From: Felis catus | Taxonomy: Eukaryota | DNA length: 64,000 bases | Assembly: GCF_018350175.1 (NCBI RefSeq) | Contig: NC_058373.1 | Location: forward strand, 108,378,001-108,442,000 | Reading direction: 5' to 3' | In this document: piece after piece, positions 39,936-52,352 of the stretch | Numbering within the stretch: position 1 is the first letter of the stretch | How the letters are laid out: every line of letters starts with the position of its first letter | Position numbers and translations under genes: made by a program | Notes under the pieces: model-generated | What the model saw: the letters and a program-made list of their open reading frames with translations, nothing else | What the model was told of the DNA's origin: nothing | Databases searched by the model: none

Positions 39936-40460
39936 GTCACAGATTTGGGTTTAGTCATGAATAACTGATATGAAGTGCCTGTTGTGTACTAGACTCTGTT
40001 GTAGGTGCTTTAGAACTGTTGTGTAATTTCATTTCCACAGTGAATTTCAAAACGGGGTTGTGCTCCCCATAGTGCAGATGAGGACACAGGTGCACCCCGT
40101 TAACATGTTTTGCCCCATGCCATGGTGTAACTGAGAGATTATCCAACACTGAGCCTTGTTTTGTGTGATTTCAAAGCCATTGCTATTGCTTCTATTCATG
40201 CAATCTCATTTTTCTCTATATCTACTGATGAAAGTATATTTTGATTATAGGGCAATTTCACATTTAGCTTTAAGCTAATTGTCCCCTACCAAAGCCCAAT
40301 GGCAAAGGGTCTGTTGTATTGCACATGCCCCAGTAATAAAAATATGGCTGTATTATATCCATATTGTTTACATAAATAATCCTCAGTAGTCCATTTTTAT
40401 ATTTAAGATTCCAGCATTTAGAAAACATTTTGGACAAATGCTGTAAAAGTTATTTCATCT

Positions 40461-40537
40461 CTACCCACATAACAAATTTTCTCTTAACAGAAAACATATT
40501 CCTACCCACATAACAAATTTTCTCTTAACAGAAAACA
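40461..40537 (+). repeat. Short direct duplication (36 bp x2, 5-bp spacer)
   Basis: ctacccacataacaaattttctcttaacagaaaaca at 40461 and 40502. Confidence 0.9.
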
Positions 40538-40775
40538 CCTGTAGTCTCTTTTGAATCATTTAAAGATGGATTACAGCCCATTTTATAGTTCTTATTTTGA
40601 CTCCATATATTATTCATGTTTATAAGTTTTCTTGCTCATATTGTCATAAAAATTATAGACTTAATTAGCCTCATGACCACTCTAAGAAGTCAATAATAAA
40701 TAACCCACATTTAATAGATGACACAAGGAAGTTAACTGATGACTGTGAGAAGCCACTTTGAATAAACCCAGTATT

Positions 40776-41050
40776 TAAAAAAAATTTTTTTATTATTGAA
40801 GTATATTTGGCATACAGTGTTATATTAATTTCAGTGTATATTAATACAACATAGTGATTTGACAATTCTTACATTATCTAGTGCTTACCTTGGTCGGTGT
40901 AGATGCCATCTGTCACCATACAGCATTATTACAGTATTATTGATTTATTAGAGATTATATTCCCTAACTTGTACTTTTCATCCTTGTGACTTACTCATTT
41001 TATAATTCGAAGTTTGTACCTCTTAATCCCCTTCATCTATTTCACCATTC
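40776..41050 (-). mobile_element. L1 3' end fragment
   Basis: ccatctgtcaccatacagc...cccttcatctatttcacc motifs. Confidence 0.8.
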
Positions 41051-41613
41051 CAGTACTCTTGACTTTTATTTATGACTGCCCTACTGATCTTGGTAGAAAA
41101 TAAGAAGAGTAGACTTTCCAAGGTGATTTCTCCATTAAAAATGGCAAAACATTAACACACTTCAGTAGATGAACTTGTATAAGATTTTGATTTGGGGCTA
41201 GGTTACCTGGGGACCATATTATTGGAAACATTTTCTTTTCTCCCAGAATGTGTTTGACTCTCTCCAGGAGCTCATAATCCTTTAAAAATCACACACTCAT
41301 ATAGACTTCCACTTTATCTTTCACCAAAATAACATCCATTTTTAAGGCATATCTCCCAGAAGCCAGTATTTCTTCTTAGGTGATAGCTTTCCTCCCTCCC
41401 TCCAAACATTGGCATTAGATAGAAAATGGGGTCAGAAAGATTTAACTAACAGCCTTTAAAGGACCGTGAGCATTATTATTCTGGGTATGGAACCACTCCT
41501 TTTCTGCTCACAATTACCCTTGGTGAGGATGGTCAAAATACATGACAAAGCATATGACTCAGGAATTTGATAGTTTTCCCCCCTACAGAAACAACTCTTT
41601 AATGTTTACTGTT

Positions 41614-41890
41614 GGGGCGCCTGGGTGGCGCAGTCGGTTAAGCGTCCGACTTCAGCCAGGTCACGATCTCGCGGTCTGTGAGTTCAAGCCCCGCGTCAGG
41701 CTCTGGGCTGATGGCTCTGGGCTGATGGCTCTGGGCTGATGGCTCTGGGCTGATGGCTCTGGGCTGATGGCTCGGAGCCTGGAGCCTGTTTCCGATTCTG
41801 TGTCTCCCTCTCTCTCTGCCCCTCCCCCGTTCATGCTCTGTCTCTCTCTGTCCCAAAAATAAATAAAAAAAAAAACGTTGGAAAAAAAAA
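41614..41890 (+). mobile_element. Young felid SINE with internal 14-bp minisatellite
   Basis: TSD taatgtttactgtt; (GGCTCTGGGCTGAT)x5. Confidence 0.97.
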
Positions 41891-42070
41891 TAATGTTTAC
41901 TGTTTAGTTACTTCCTATGTTTAAAATGACCTTAATTAAACACTTTTATAATTAAAATTAATAGAGAAAAATTCTAATTAAAATGCTATTTAAAGAAATG
42001 TAATGTAGCCCTAGGAATATATCGATGGTTTTCCTTTCACTTTTATTTATTGGTTGTTACCAATTCTTTA

Positions 42071-42258
42071 AAAAAATTTTTTTTGAGTAGAGTTGACACA
42101 TAATGTTACATTAGTTTCAGGTGTATAACATAATGATTCAATTTCTCTATACATTATGCTATGCTCACGACAAGTGTAGCTACCATCTGTCACCATAAAA
42201 TGCTATTGCAATATCATTGACTATATTCCCTATGCTGGACCTTTTATTCCTGTGAGTT
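42071..42258 (-). mobile_element. L1 3' end fragment
   Basis: Same family motifs as 18719-18900; TSD ggttgtta(c/ac)..aattcttta. Confidence 0.85.
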
Positions 42259-42356
42259 GGTTGTTAACTAATTCTTTATTAGATTGCCAGTTTATTCTGA
42301 GTATTTTGAGAAGCTGTAAACTTTCCTTGATTATGTTTATGGTAGGAGCTTTTATG

Positions 42357-42390
<34 letters not shown>

Positions 42391-43274
42391 TTTTTTTTTA
42401 ATACTTGGAATAATGAAGTATCATGAACTGTAAATTTGAATGGTGAGCCTTCTCAGATACCACAGACTTTATCTGTATTTTTCCTTCTAATCCAAGGACC
42501 TGGACTGTCTTTTCTTTACTACTTTTCTTTTCCTATGTGTTTAAAAATAATTAGTGTGACACCACACGCCAGTTTGTCTTTTCGGCTGTAAGAAAGTTCC
42601 TGAAGAACTAGGATACGAGGTATACATCTGCTATTACCTTTGGTGTGCTCTACCAAGCTAGTTGAGATTTACCCAAGAAACAAAGATATTTCCCTGGTTA
42701 CTCTGCTAGCACTTAGTTCTTTTGGCTTTATACTGCTTTAGTATAAAATGAAATGTCTCCAGTGTTGCTAAGTAGGTAATTTTTCATGTTCCAGCTTTAG
42801 GTGCCCTTTCTTTTTTAGTATTGTAGAATATAACAATTGGAAACTGTTTAATATATAGATGGATATTGGATATATGGCCCCTTTCTAATTGCTCCAAAAT
42901 CATCTGACAGTGGTTATTGACAAAGGTACAGAACCAATCTTTGAAAAGGCAACTTAATGCTGAATATATCCAGGCTCAATATTATAATGCTTTTTGGCCC
43001 ACGCTGGTAAATTCTTGGGTTTCAAAGCAGAAAGGAACTATTAAGGGTTATCTAGTGAGTTAACTCCACTTTATAGATGAAGAAAATTGTTCACTAGTAA
43101 CATTCATTCATTCATTCATTCATTCATTCACATAGCAAACATTAGATAAAGACCCTGTGTGGGTCCTAAAATTATTAATTCTAAATAGTGTCCATTGGAA
43201 GAGGAAGACTGACAAATAATTACCATATCCAGTGAAAACTTACATCATAAAGACACATTTAAAGTACTCTGTGT

Positions 43275-43495
43275 GGGGCGCCTGGGTGGCGCAGTCGGTT
43301 AAGCGTCCGACTTCAGCCAGGTCACGATCTCGCAGTCTGTGAGTTCGAGCCCCGTGTCAGACTCTGGGCTGATGGCTCAGAGCCTGGAGCCTGTTTCCGA
43401 TTCTGTGTCTCCCTCTCTCTCTGCCCCTCCCCGTTCATGCTCTGTCTCTCTGTCCCAAAAATAAATAAACGTTGAAAAAAAATTAAAAATAAAAT
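43275..43495 (+). mobile_element. Young felid SINE
   Basis: TSD aaagtactctgtg; CpG-rich, same subfamily as the copy at 41614. Confidence 0.97.
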
Positions 43496-43970
43496 AAAGT
43501 ACTCTGTGGCCACACCTTTGACTGTAGAAGTGTTGACATATGCAATAGGAGTTTCATTGTAAAGAATGAGTAAGTATCTACCAGGCAGGCCAGGGAGAGA
43601 AGGCATCTGGGCAGAGCAAACAGAAGTCAGGGAAGAGCACAGTTACTATGACAAATGCTTAGTGTGTTAGTGTGACTGGAACATAGGACTTTACAATGAG
43701 GGGTGGTGAAGAATAGCCAAGTTATCACTGTGGGGCAGTGTTATTGGGAACAGCTCATACAGAGCTAGACATTCTGTCAGTACAAGAGGGATGGCTTTGT
43801 GAGTTGTGAAGCAATTGAAATACTTCCAAACTTGTTGATAAATAGCCACTGATCTGAGACTCCACCTCCCAGAAGTCCTCACATCCAGTGATTCATCAGT
43901 TAGAGTTGGCAACTTACAGGAGGTCTCTAGGACCCCTCCAGTACTAAGGTTAGTTAGGTAGTGCTGATTG

Positions 43971-44203
43971 TTTTTTTTTTTTTTTTAATTTTGGATAAGA
44001 GAGAGCATGCATGTGAGCCAGGAAGAGAGAGAGGGAGAGAGAGAAAGAGAAAGGGAGGGAGGGAGGGAGGGAGGGAGGATCTTAAGCAGGCTTACACCCA
44101 GCTCAAACCCTACCCAGTGCTCCAACTCACGAACCCATGAGATCATGACCTGAACTGAAATCAAGAGTCAGATGCTTAACTGACTGAGTCTCCCAGGCAC
44201 CCC
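43971..44203 (-). mobile_element. Can-SINE
   Basis: TSD ctgattgtt. Confidence 0.9.
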
Positions 44204-44632
44204 TGATTGTTCATTTTTTGAGCATCTCTTCTCTTGTATGCCATCGTAAAGAATGTGAACTTTATCCTATAGGGTAGGACTTAAAAATTCAGATGCTTCC
44301 AGGGGGTCAGGCAGGCTACATAAAAGTGAATAAAGCAAGTAGGTACATATAACAGGGAGAGATGAGGACTGTAGTGAATTGGAGGCATCAAAATTAATTT
44401 TTAAAGAATTCTGCATCAATAAACACAGGGTTTGGTGATTTTGACAGATGGGCTGCCAATGCTCAAATTCTGCACTACAAGTAATAGGAAAACCTCAGTA
44501 GGGTTTCTTTTTTGATTTTCCTTTTAAACTAGGGGAGTGATATAAGCTTTATTTTTTTTAGAAAAATTGCCTAGAGGCTTTGATAGACAGAGATTACAAA
44601 AGAAAGAGATATGAGACCCAGAACATGGGCTG

Positions 44633-44962
44633 TTACATTTGCAACAACGTGGATGGTTCTCACTCATGTGGAATTTGAGAAACTTAACAGAAGACCATGG
44701 GGGAAGGGAAGGAAAAAAGTAGTTAGAAATTGAGAGGGAGCCAAACCATAAGAGACTCTTAAATACAAAGAAAAAACTGAGGGTTGATGGGGGGGGGCAG
44801 GGGTGAGGGGAAAATGGGTGATGGGCATTGGGGGAGCACTTGTTTTGATGAGCACTGGGTGTTGTATGTAAGTAATGAATCATGGGAATCTATGCTGAAG
44901 TTAAGAGCACATTGTATACTCTGTATATAAGCTAACTTGACAATGAATTATATGTATAAAAA
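44633..44962 (+). mobile_element. L1 3' end fragment
   Basis: tttgcaacaacgtggatgg...gagaaacttaacagaagaccatggggg...gagcactgggtgttgtatg. Confidence 0.85.
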
Positions 44963-46012
44963 ATTATCTTATGGATGTAGAATAAAAGGCTGGTTATCTT
45001 TGGGTGATGGAGACTATGCCTTATTACCTCTTTTATTTTTGCTTATCTTTTTTCCCTAAAATTTCTAAAATAAACCTATTTTGTGGGGGAAAAAAAAGAA
45101 CAGAGGCTGTTACTAGTTCAAAGATTGGATGAGAAAACCCTGGCTTAAATTAAAAGATTTTGGATTGAATATGAAAGTAAAGTTTTCTTTGTGTAATAAA
45201 ACAATAGAAAGGATTATTAAGGAAGATATGCAATCTCCATCTTAAAACATTTCAAGTACTGAAAGAGTGTTAGAAGCTAAACCCCGTGATTTCTCAGGGA
45301 ACTTTCTAGGTCTGTGATCATCTGAAGCACAACTGAGGCACAATATTTGTGGAGGAAAAACAAACAAAAACTGTGTGGGTGGTGAAATGGAGTGGAAGAA
45401 ATGCTGAAAGAACCCTTTTATAATACCCTGCAGGGGATATGTGTGGTGATGTTAAGATGTTTTCAACAATTCTGAGGTCTATTCATCAATTTAGTGAATT
45501 TGAGTACACACTTTATGCTACACACTGTTCTAGGCACAATATTAAATAGCACTCATTAGTTCATTTCTTGAGAATTGACTACATACTTAGCACACTAGAC
45601 ATTGTGGATAAGCTAGGGAATAAAACCTACAGTCCCTGCCCTCTAGGAATATCTATTCTAGGGAAGGAGACAGACAATAGACCTGATTGAAGGTCAGGTT
45701 ATGGTGAGCAAACCTCAAGGGATGGATTGAGGCTGGAGAAGATTTGAGACAGAAATCAACTAGGTATGTAATATCTGGGAAGATTAGAGTGTAGGAAAAG
45801 TGATCACTCTACAAACATAATGGAAGAGTCTTCACAGACCTAAAGCTAGCAGAACTTGGAATGTAAGGAATGTAAGGGAGCAGAGGTGAAGAGAGAAAGT
45901 CACAGTTGTGAGTCTAGGGTGTTGAACCCTTATAGTAGCAAAAGTTATGTGCTAGTTTTGACGGCTGAATTTGAGATTTTGGTGAGACCCCCAAGTGTAG
46001 CTCTTTCCTCAG

Positions 46013-46172
46013 ATCAGCATCTCTCAAACTTTGGTGTGTGTCAGAGTCACCTGAGAAACTTGACAAAAATAAAAAGATCCAGGGTGTATTCCTTCAACCA
46101 GTCTGAGACTCTTTTCTTTTTTAAATTAGATTACCAGGTTATTCTCCCACAAAGTTTGTGAACCACTAGCTT
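46013..46172. mobile_element. MER5A-like hAT MITE
   Basis: tctcaaactttggtgtgtgtcagagtcacctg...aaagtttgtgaaccact. Confidence 0.6.
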
Positions 46173-46579
46173 AGATAACCAGGGATACAAACCTGTATAG
46201 AGGGATTGAGCTAAGGGCTGGAGATGTATATTTTGCATACAAAAATGTTGAGCCTTATTGGATGGATCAACTCTCCCAGGTGATGAGTATTGTTTATTGA
46301 TGAATCAATGCATGTATGAATGGCTATTACAAAAACTAAAAAAAAAAAAAAAAAAAAAAAGCTAGAAGGAAAATTTTAGGAGAAGGTAGGCAATCCTATC
46401 AATTGCAGTAGCCTGAGGTCAAGAAGCCTGAAATATACAGGAGTGCTGGTAGACTGAGTCAGAAGGAAGCTATTGCTATAGAAGAGATGGGGTAGTTAAG
46501 CACAATCAGTGAATTTAGGCTCTGCCATCATTTATAGCATTCATCCTGAGCTGTTGATGAACATTGTTAGGGCAATAAG

Positions 46580-46815
46580 ATATATATAAATATTCACACA
46601 CATATATATACATATATAACATATATATATACACACACATATATATATACATATATATGTATATATATGTGTATATATACACACACATATATATGTACTA
46701 TATATATACACACACATATATATATACATACATATATATGTGTGTGTATATATACACACAATACACATACATATGTATATGAATTTATGTATATGTTTGT
46801 ATGCATGCATGTGTA
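46580..46815. repeat. Compound (TA/CA)n low-complexity repeat
   Basis: Direct reading. Confidence 0.95.
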
Positions 46816-47583
46816 TAAAAGTATAGATGGTTAGCTCTAGAATCTTCGTTGTGCCCTGTTGCTATGTTGATGTCCTTATAGCCCCCTCCTTCAGGTTGTG
46901 AATCTTGTGGGAAGGAAGGTCTCTCAGGAATCTTGCAGGCTGTAGAGGGATGTCTTGGGGAGGCTGGAACACAGACAAAGGCAACCAGATGCGAGGATCA
47001 TGTCTCCAATAAGCTGCATACTCCACTCGCCACTCTGTTTTGCAGTGGTTCTTTGCTCCCCAAGAATATAAATGATTTCTAGAAATCGCACAAAATATAA
47101 AATCTTACTTTAAGATCTGTTAAAAGCTTTTTAATTCCAGGCACACATCTCCTTTGAATGGATAAATCTTTGTGTCATGAAGCAGAGATGCTTATTAGCC
47201 TGCTCACTGGGATCTGCAGGTTCATAGATGAAGCATCCAACCTTTCTTGTATTTTGAAATGTCATGTTCAACTGCCTCTTAATGAAGATTCATTTATCCT
47301 TTTCACATTGTTAAGTATGGTCTATGGGGATAGACTTCTCTCAGTCCACATGAATAGAGCCCATTACTGCTGATGGAAGTTTTGCACATGCCTGAGTAGG
47401 TGAATAGGCATTGAAATAATCTACATTTAGATTTCCACAGTCATTTTTATTTAGCTACTTTCAGACTTCAATGATGATCTCTTTTTGTCTCCAAATGTTG
47501 TTTGACATTGATTATAGGTTATCTGGTAATGGGTCTGAGGTTGTTACTTTAATAGGTGTAAGTATTTCTTTCCTCTGTTTCAG

Positions 47584-47733
47584 CTGAGAAGTTTTGAGAG
47601 TGAACTATTCACAGCCATTAAGAGATCTCCAATTTAATTTGTCATCAAATTAAAAACTATTCTGTAGTTCACATTAAGTCCAGAGTACTGAAAGAACTGA
47701 ACAAGTGGACTTGTAGACATCAGATAGCTGGCC
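47584..47733 (+). other. SYT16: Non-coding 5' portion of the SYT16 ATG exon
   Basis: Acceptor tttctttcctctgtttcag|CTGAG at 47583/47584; no ATG between the acceptor and 47734. Confidence 0.75.
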
Positions 47734-48256
47734 ATGGTGTTGGCCATGGCGTCCCAGGATGGTCAGAACTTCTTCCAGCCTCTCTCTTCCTGGATATCTC
47801 GGGTTTATGAAGCTCTCCAGCAAGCAGGAGATATGTTATCTGCTTCGCTGGTTAACTTAAACAAGCAAGACTCTAAATTAAGTGAAAAGCTAGACCAGGA
47901 CTTAGATGATATTCAGATTCAGGAAGCTTACTTTGAAGATGAAGAACAAGGCAATGATTGGCATCAAGAAGATGAAAATCCCTTGTTTCTTGAAGTGGAT
48001 CATTTCTCCTGTTGTAATAGTGATTTGCAGGACTCTGCTCAAAGTTCAAGCCCCAGACTTAGCCAACCTGAAAAGGACTCCTGTTCCATAATGTCCCAGT
48101 GGCCCAGTCAGACCCTTGATGACCAAAAGCCACCACATATGCTCTCTTCTATTGCTGAGGAACAACGTCACCTTGAAAAGCAAAGAAGTGGTCTTCAGCA
48201 CAGCTTTGACAGCCAGCTCTCTGGTATTTTAGAAAATGTTAATGGAAAAATGCAAG
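47734..48256 (+). CDS. SYT16: Synaptotagmin-16, first coding exon of the TM-less isoform (523 nt CDS, ends in phase 1)
   Basis: Translation MVLAMASQDGQNFFQPLSSWISRVYEALQQAGDMLSASLVN...LENVNGKMQ matches the recalled human SYT16 N-terminus. Strong Kozak gccATGg, in-frame upstream TAG at 47725, donor G|GTAAGG at 48256/48257. The ORF-track tail (GKVASDY...) is intron read-through. Confidence 0.95.
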
Positions 48257-50594
48257 GTAAGGTAGCCAGTGATTATTTTCTCTGGGTTCTGCCAAAGGAC
48301 ATTTCTACTAATTTTATTTTGACTTGTTTTAGTTATCATGTGAATTTTATTTTTCTCTCTCTTTAAACGTTTCCACATACTGGCTTCTTATTGAGAGATA
48401 TACTCCTTAGGAATATTTTCAATGTATAAAACGTTGTGAGATCTGTATTTGTGGGTTCCATACTCCAGAACAATAGTTCAGAGCAAGCAAAATGGTGAAA
48501 ACAAGTTTGTGGGCTCTGTTTGAGAAGCCCTTGTGCATATGTTATGCTTTTTAAACGATCTTTTAAAATGTTCTCCTTTTTTCACTTGGTTAGGAATCTC
48601 TAGATGTTACTATATTATTCGGTGTGAAATCCTGTGCAAAAAGCCATACTTGTTGCAAAATTTTTAGTTGATAACACTCCAAGAACACTTTTCACAGCGT
48701 TTCACTGAGACGTGATGTGAGATGACAGTAGATAGGAAATCTCTGAAATAAGAATAGCTTGATTTTCTTTAAGCCCTGAGTGGAAAGGACACATTTACAA
48801 CAAACTGTCTTTAGAGCTTTATCCTGTCAGATATGTTGAATATAGTGAAAATGTAATTAACTCTGTAAAAGTAGCTATAGTATGTCCTGGCATGAATTTC
48901 TCATGTTTCTAACGCTCTAAGCCTGAAGTAAGAACATTCGACTTGGTTGAGGGACAGAGGTACCTGACAGGCCAAGAAAGGTGTTGGGTGTGTATATGTG
49001 ATATGTGCTTGTAATGCATACATATATCACCAAGATTCTTGGATCTCTTATGTGACTTAAAGGTGATATCACTAATTCCTTTCTTTTTGGGGGAAGCAGA
49101 CTCTTCTGGAATACTTCACAGCCTCTTCATCCATTTTCAGTGATTCCTCTTAGTTTATCTTTTTAAGGAAACATTTTATCCAGATACATGAAATCTTAGA
49201 AAATGAGGAAACATAATTCCATATTCTTTTTATAGTACTTTCTTGATACTCTTACTTAAATTAATGTTGAAATGCTAGAATAAATTGGTAAAAACAAGGG
49301 AGGCTGATATTCTTTCTGAATATGACAAACTTATAAATAAATTCAATTTCAAGCTTTTAAAAATTATCTGTAGAGATAATTTTAGAAACATCTGGGCAAC
49401 CAATAGGATTTCTTAGATTTGACTTGAAATTTCTATTCCTAATTTAGAAAATTCTTGCTAAAGTTGAACTGTATTTAAAATGATTAACATGAATTTGGCT
49501 TAATAGTTGCTTGAAATTGGATTTTTAAAATTTGTGTAATTGTTGTAATAATCTAACAGCAGTAAAACAATTTATTGGTTTATTCAGGGGATGTTTATTC
49601 TGTGGATCATAGCTTCCCAGAAGGCAGGAGCCACATCATAGATTAATTTTTGTATCCCTAACTTCAAGCATAATGCTAGATGTATAATAGGACACCAAAT
49701 AATAATTAATGATGGATCATTACAACAAGGTAAGCTAACAACTCTAAGACATAGATACTATTATTTTTCTCACATCACAGTTGAGAAGATTATGCTTAGA
49801 GAACTTGAGAATATACCCAAGATCCATATTTAGAAAGAGGCACAGCTCAGGAAGTCCAATTTGAGAGTTTATACATATTATTTCTCTTTTTTTCCTCTCC
49901 CTTTTTCAAGTTATAATTTGCATATAGTAAAATTCATCCTTGTTAGTATATGGCTCTGTTTTAATACACAGTCTTGTAACCACTGCCACAACTGAGGTAT
50001 AAACCATTCTATCACCTCAAAAAAAATTCCCCCAAGTCCCTTTGTACTCATTTCTCTACCACCAGCTCCGGGAAATTGCTGGTACATTTTCTTTCTATCA
50101 TTTTGTCTTCTCCAGAATGCTATATAAATGGAAATATGCAGATGGTAGCCTTTTGAATCTGGCTTCTTTTATTATGTGCCTACAGTAATGCATTTGAGAT
50201 TCATCCATGTTGCTGTGTGTTTCAGTAGTTTGCTGCTTCTTTTTTTTTTTTTTAATTGCTGAGTAGTATTCCACTGCATGAATGCACCACAGTTTGTTGA
50301 TCCATTCATCAGTTGAGGGATATTTGGGTTGTTTCCAGTTTTTAGCAATGTAAATAAAGCTGCTATAAACATTTGCGAAACAGGTTTGGGTGCAAATGTA
50401 AGTTTTCATTTCAACGAGGTAAATACCTAGGAGTAGGTCATATGGGAAGTATACGTTTAACTTTAAGAAGTTCTGCTGTTAGCTGAATACCACTTCACGT
50501 TCCCAAAATTAATGTAGTCACTCATTTTCACTTTACCATAGTGTTATCATAAAATTTTTTTCAGCCATTCTCACAGGTGTGTACTGATAGCTCT

Positions 50595-51091
50595 TATTGG
50601 GAGATCACTCTCCTCTGGTCTCCACTCTGTCCTATGAGCAAAGTCACAAACCGCCTCTTATTTTAGACTATCTTTTCAAGGATGTTTGTATGACAAAAGA
50701 GCCTTGGAAGATAGAGATAGCATCTCTCTTCAGAGCAGAGAGAAGATTTGTTTGCCTTTCAGTCTAATAAAGATAATGTCTCTCTTCAGGGCAAAGCTTA
50801 GGCAGATTTGCTTGCAAATGGTAGAGATTTCACAAGCTGGGTCTTCCTTGGCTGTGACATGGCTTCCATGCTGGGCATCTATCTGAGCCTGCCTCTGCAT
50901 CGCCCCCGTAGTACTTGGAGAGTGGGGACTGACGTGAATGTGATGTTCATGTTGTATGTGGTGCTGTAATAAAACATCCTTTGTCTCTGACTCAAGTCTT
51001 ATGTCTTCTGCCAACATCCATAAAAATTGTAGCAGGCAAAGTTGTTAGTGTGCAAGTAGGATAAAATCTCAAGGCCTTTCATAGGTTTTAA
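50595..51091 (+). mobile_element. ERV solo LTR (MER21/MER68/MER77-like) inside the L1
   Basis: gactatcttttcaaggatgtttg...gccttggaagatagagatag...aataaa...gcaagtaggataaaatctc; flanking ctct TSD. Confidence 0.75.
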
Positions 51092-51789
51092 CTCTTGTTT
51101 TGATTTTAATTTTCATTTCCCCAATAACTAATGACTTCGAGCATCTTTTCATGCAGTTATCTATCATCTGTGTGGCTTCTTTAGTAAAGTCTTCAAATCT
51201 TTTGCCCACTGTTATTGAACTGCTTTTTAATCTTCAAGACTTGAGTGTTATGTTTATATTCTGAGTATGAGATACTTTTCTGGATCTTTTCTATTGGTCT
51301 ACAATTTACAAATATTCTCTCCCAGTTTTGTGGCTTGTCTTTTCCTTCTCTTAATGGTGTCCCTTGAAGAACAGAGATTCTTAATTACATGAAATCCATC
51401 TCATCAAGTTTTTTATTTTTATGAATTGTGCTTTTGTTATCATATTTAAGAAATCTTTGTATAGCCTAAGGTTACAAAGACATTTTTCTGTGTTTTATTC
51501 TGGAAATTTTAGAGATATGGGCTTTACATTTAGGGATATACATTTTGAGGTAATTTTTAAATATGATATGAAGTATGGATGAAAGTGTTTCCTTCCCACC
51601 CTCAATATAGATGTCCATTATTCCTATCTCATTTGTTGAAATGATTATCCTTTTTCCATTATGTGCTTTGGGATCTTTGTCAGAAATATATTATCTATAC
51701 ATGAGTGGGTCTATTGCTGGACTCTATATTTTCCCAATAATCTATATTTGTATTCTTTCTCTAATATCACACTGTCCTGATTCCTATAA

Positions 51790-51856
51790 CTTTTTTTTTT
51801 TTAATTTTAGAGAAAGCGTGTGAGCAGGGGAGAGCGGCAGAGAGGAGGAGGAGGAG

Positions 51857-51893
<37 letters not shown>

Positions 51894-52015
51894 TCTTAAG
51901 CAGGCTCCATGCCCAGTGTGGAGCCCCATGTGGGGCTCAATCCCATGACCCTTGGATCATGATCTGAGCTGAAATCAAGAGTCAGATGCTTAACTGACTG
52001 AGCCACTCAGGCACC
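51790..52015 (-). mobile_element. Can-SINE
   Basis: TSD tgattcctata. Confidence 0.92.
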
Positions 52016-52119
52016 CTTGATTCCTATAGCTTTATAATAAGTCTGGAAATCAGGTAGTGTGGGCCCTCCAACTTTATTATTTTAAAACATTGTTTTGATT
52101 ATATTTGCTTCTCCATTTA

Positions 52120-52352
52120 ATTTTTATTTTTTTATCATTTTAATTTAAATTTTAGTTAGTTAACATATAGTGTAATATTGGTTTCAGGAGTAGATTTTAG
52201 TGATTCATCACTTATATATAACTTCCAGTGCTCATCCTAACAAGTGCCCTCCTTAATATCCATAACTTATTTAGCTCATCCCCTTACCCACCTCCCCTTC
52301 GAGCAACCCTCAGTTTGTTCTCTATCATTAAGAGTCTTTTGTGGTTTGATTC
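52120..52352 (-). mobile_element. Carnivore L1 3' end nested in the old L1
   Basis: ccagtgctcatcctaacaagtgccctcc...caaccctcagtttgttctc. Confidence 0.8.

Noticed and set aside
41699..41773. CRISPR-like array
   Set aside because: No spacers, eukaryotic context; it is a minisatellite in a SINE.
46541..46810. Y/I/C-rich ORFs
   Set aside because: (TA/CA)n low-complexity sequence.
48257..48366. C-terminal extension of the 210-aa ORF
   Set aside because: It lies after a canonical GT donor where the SYT16 similarity ends; intron read-through.
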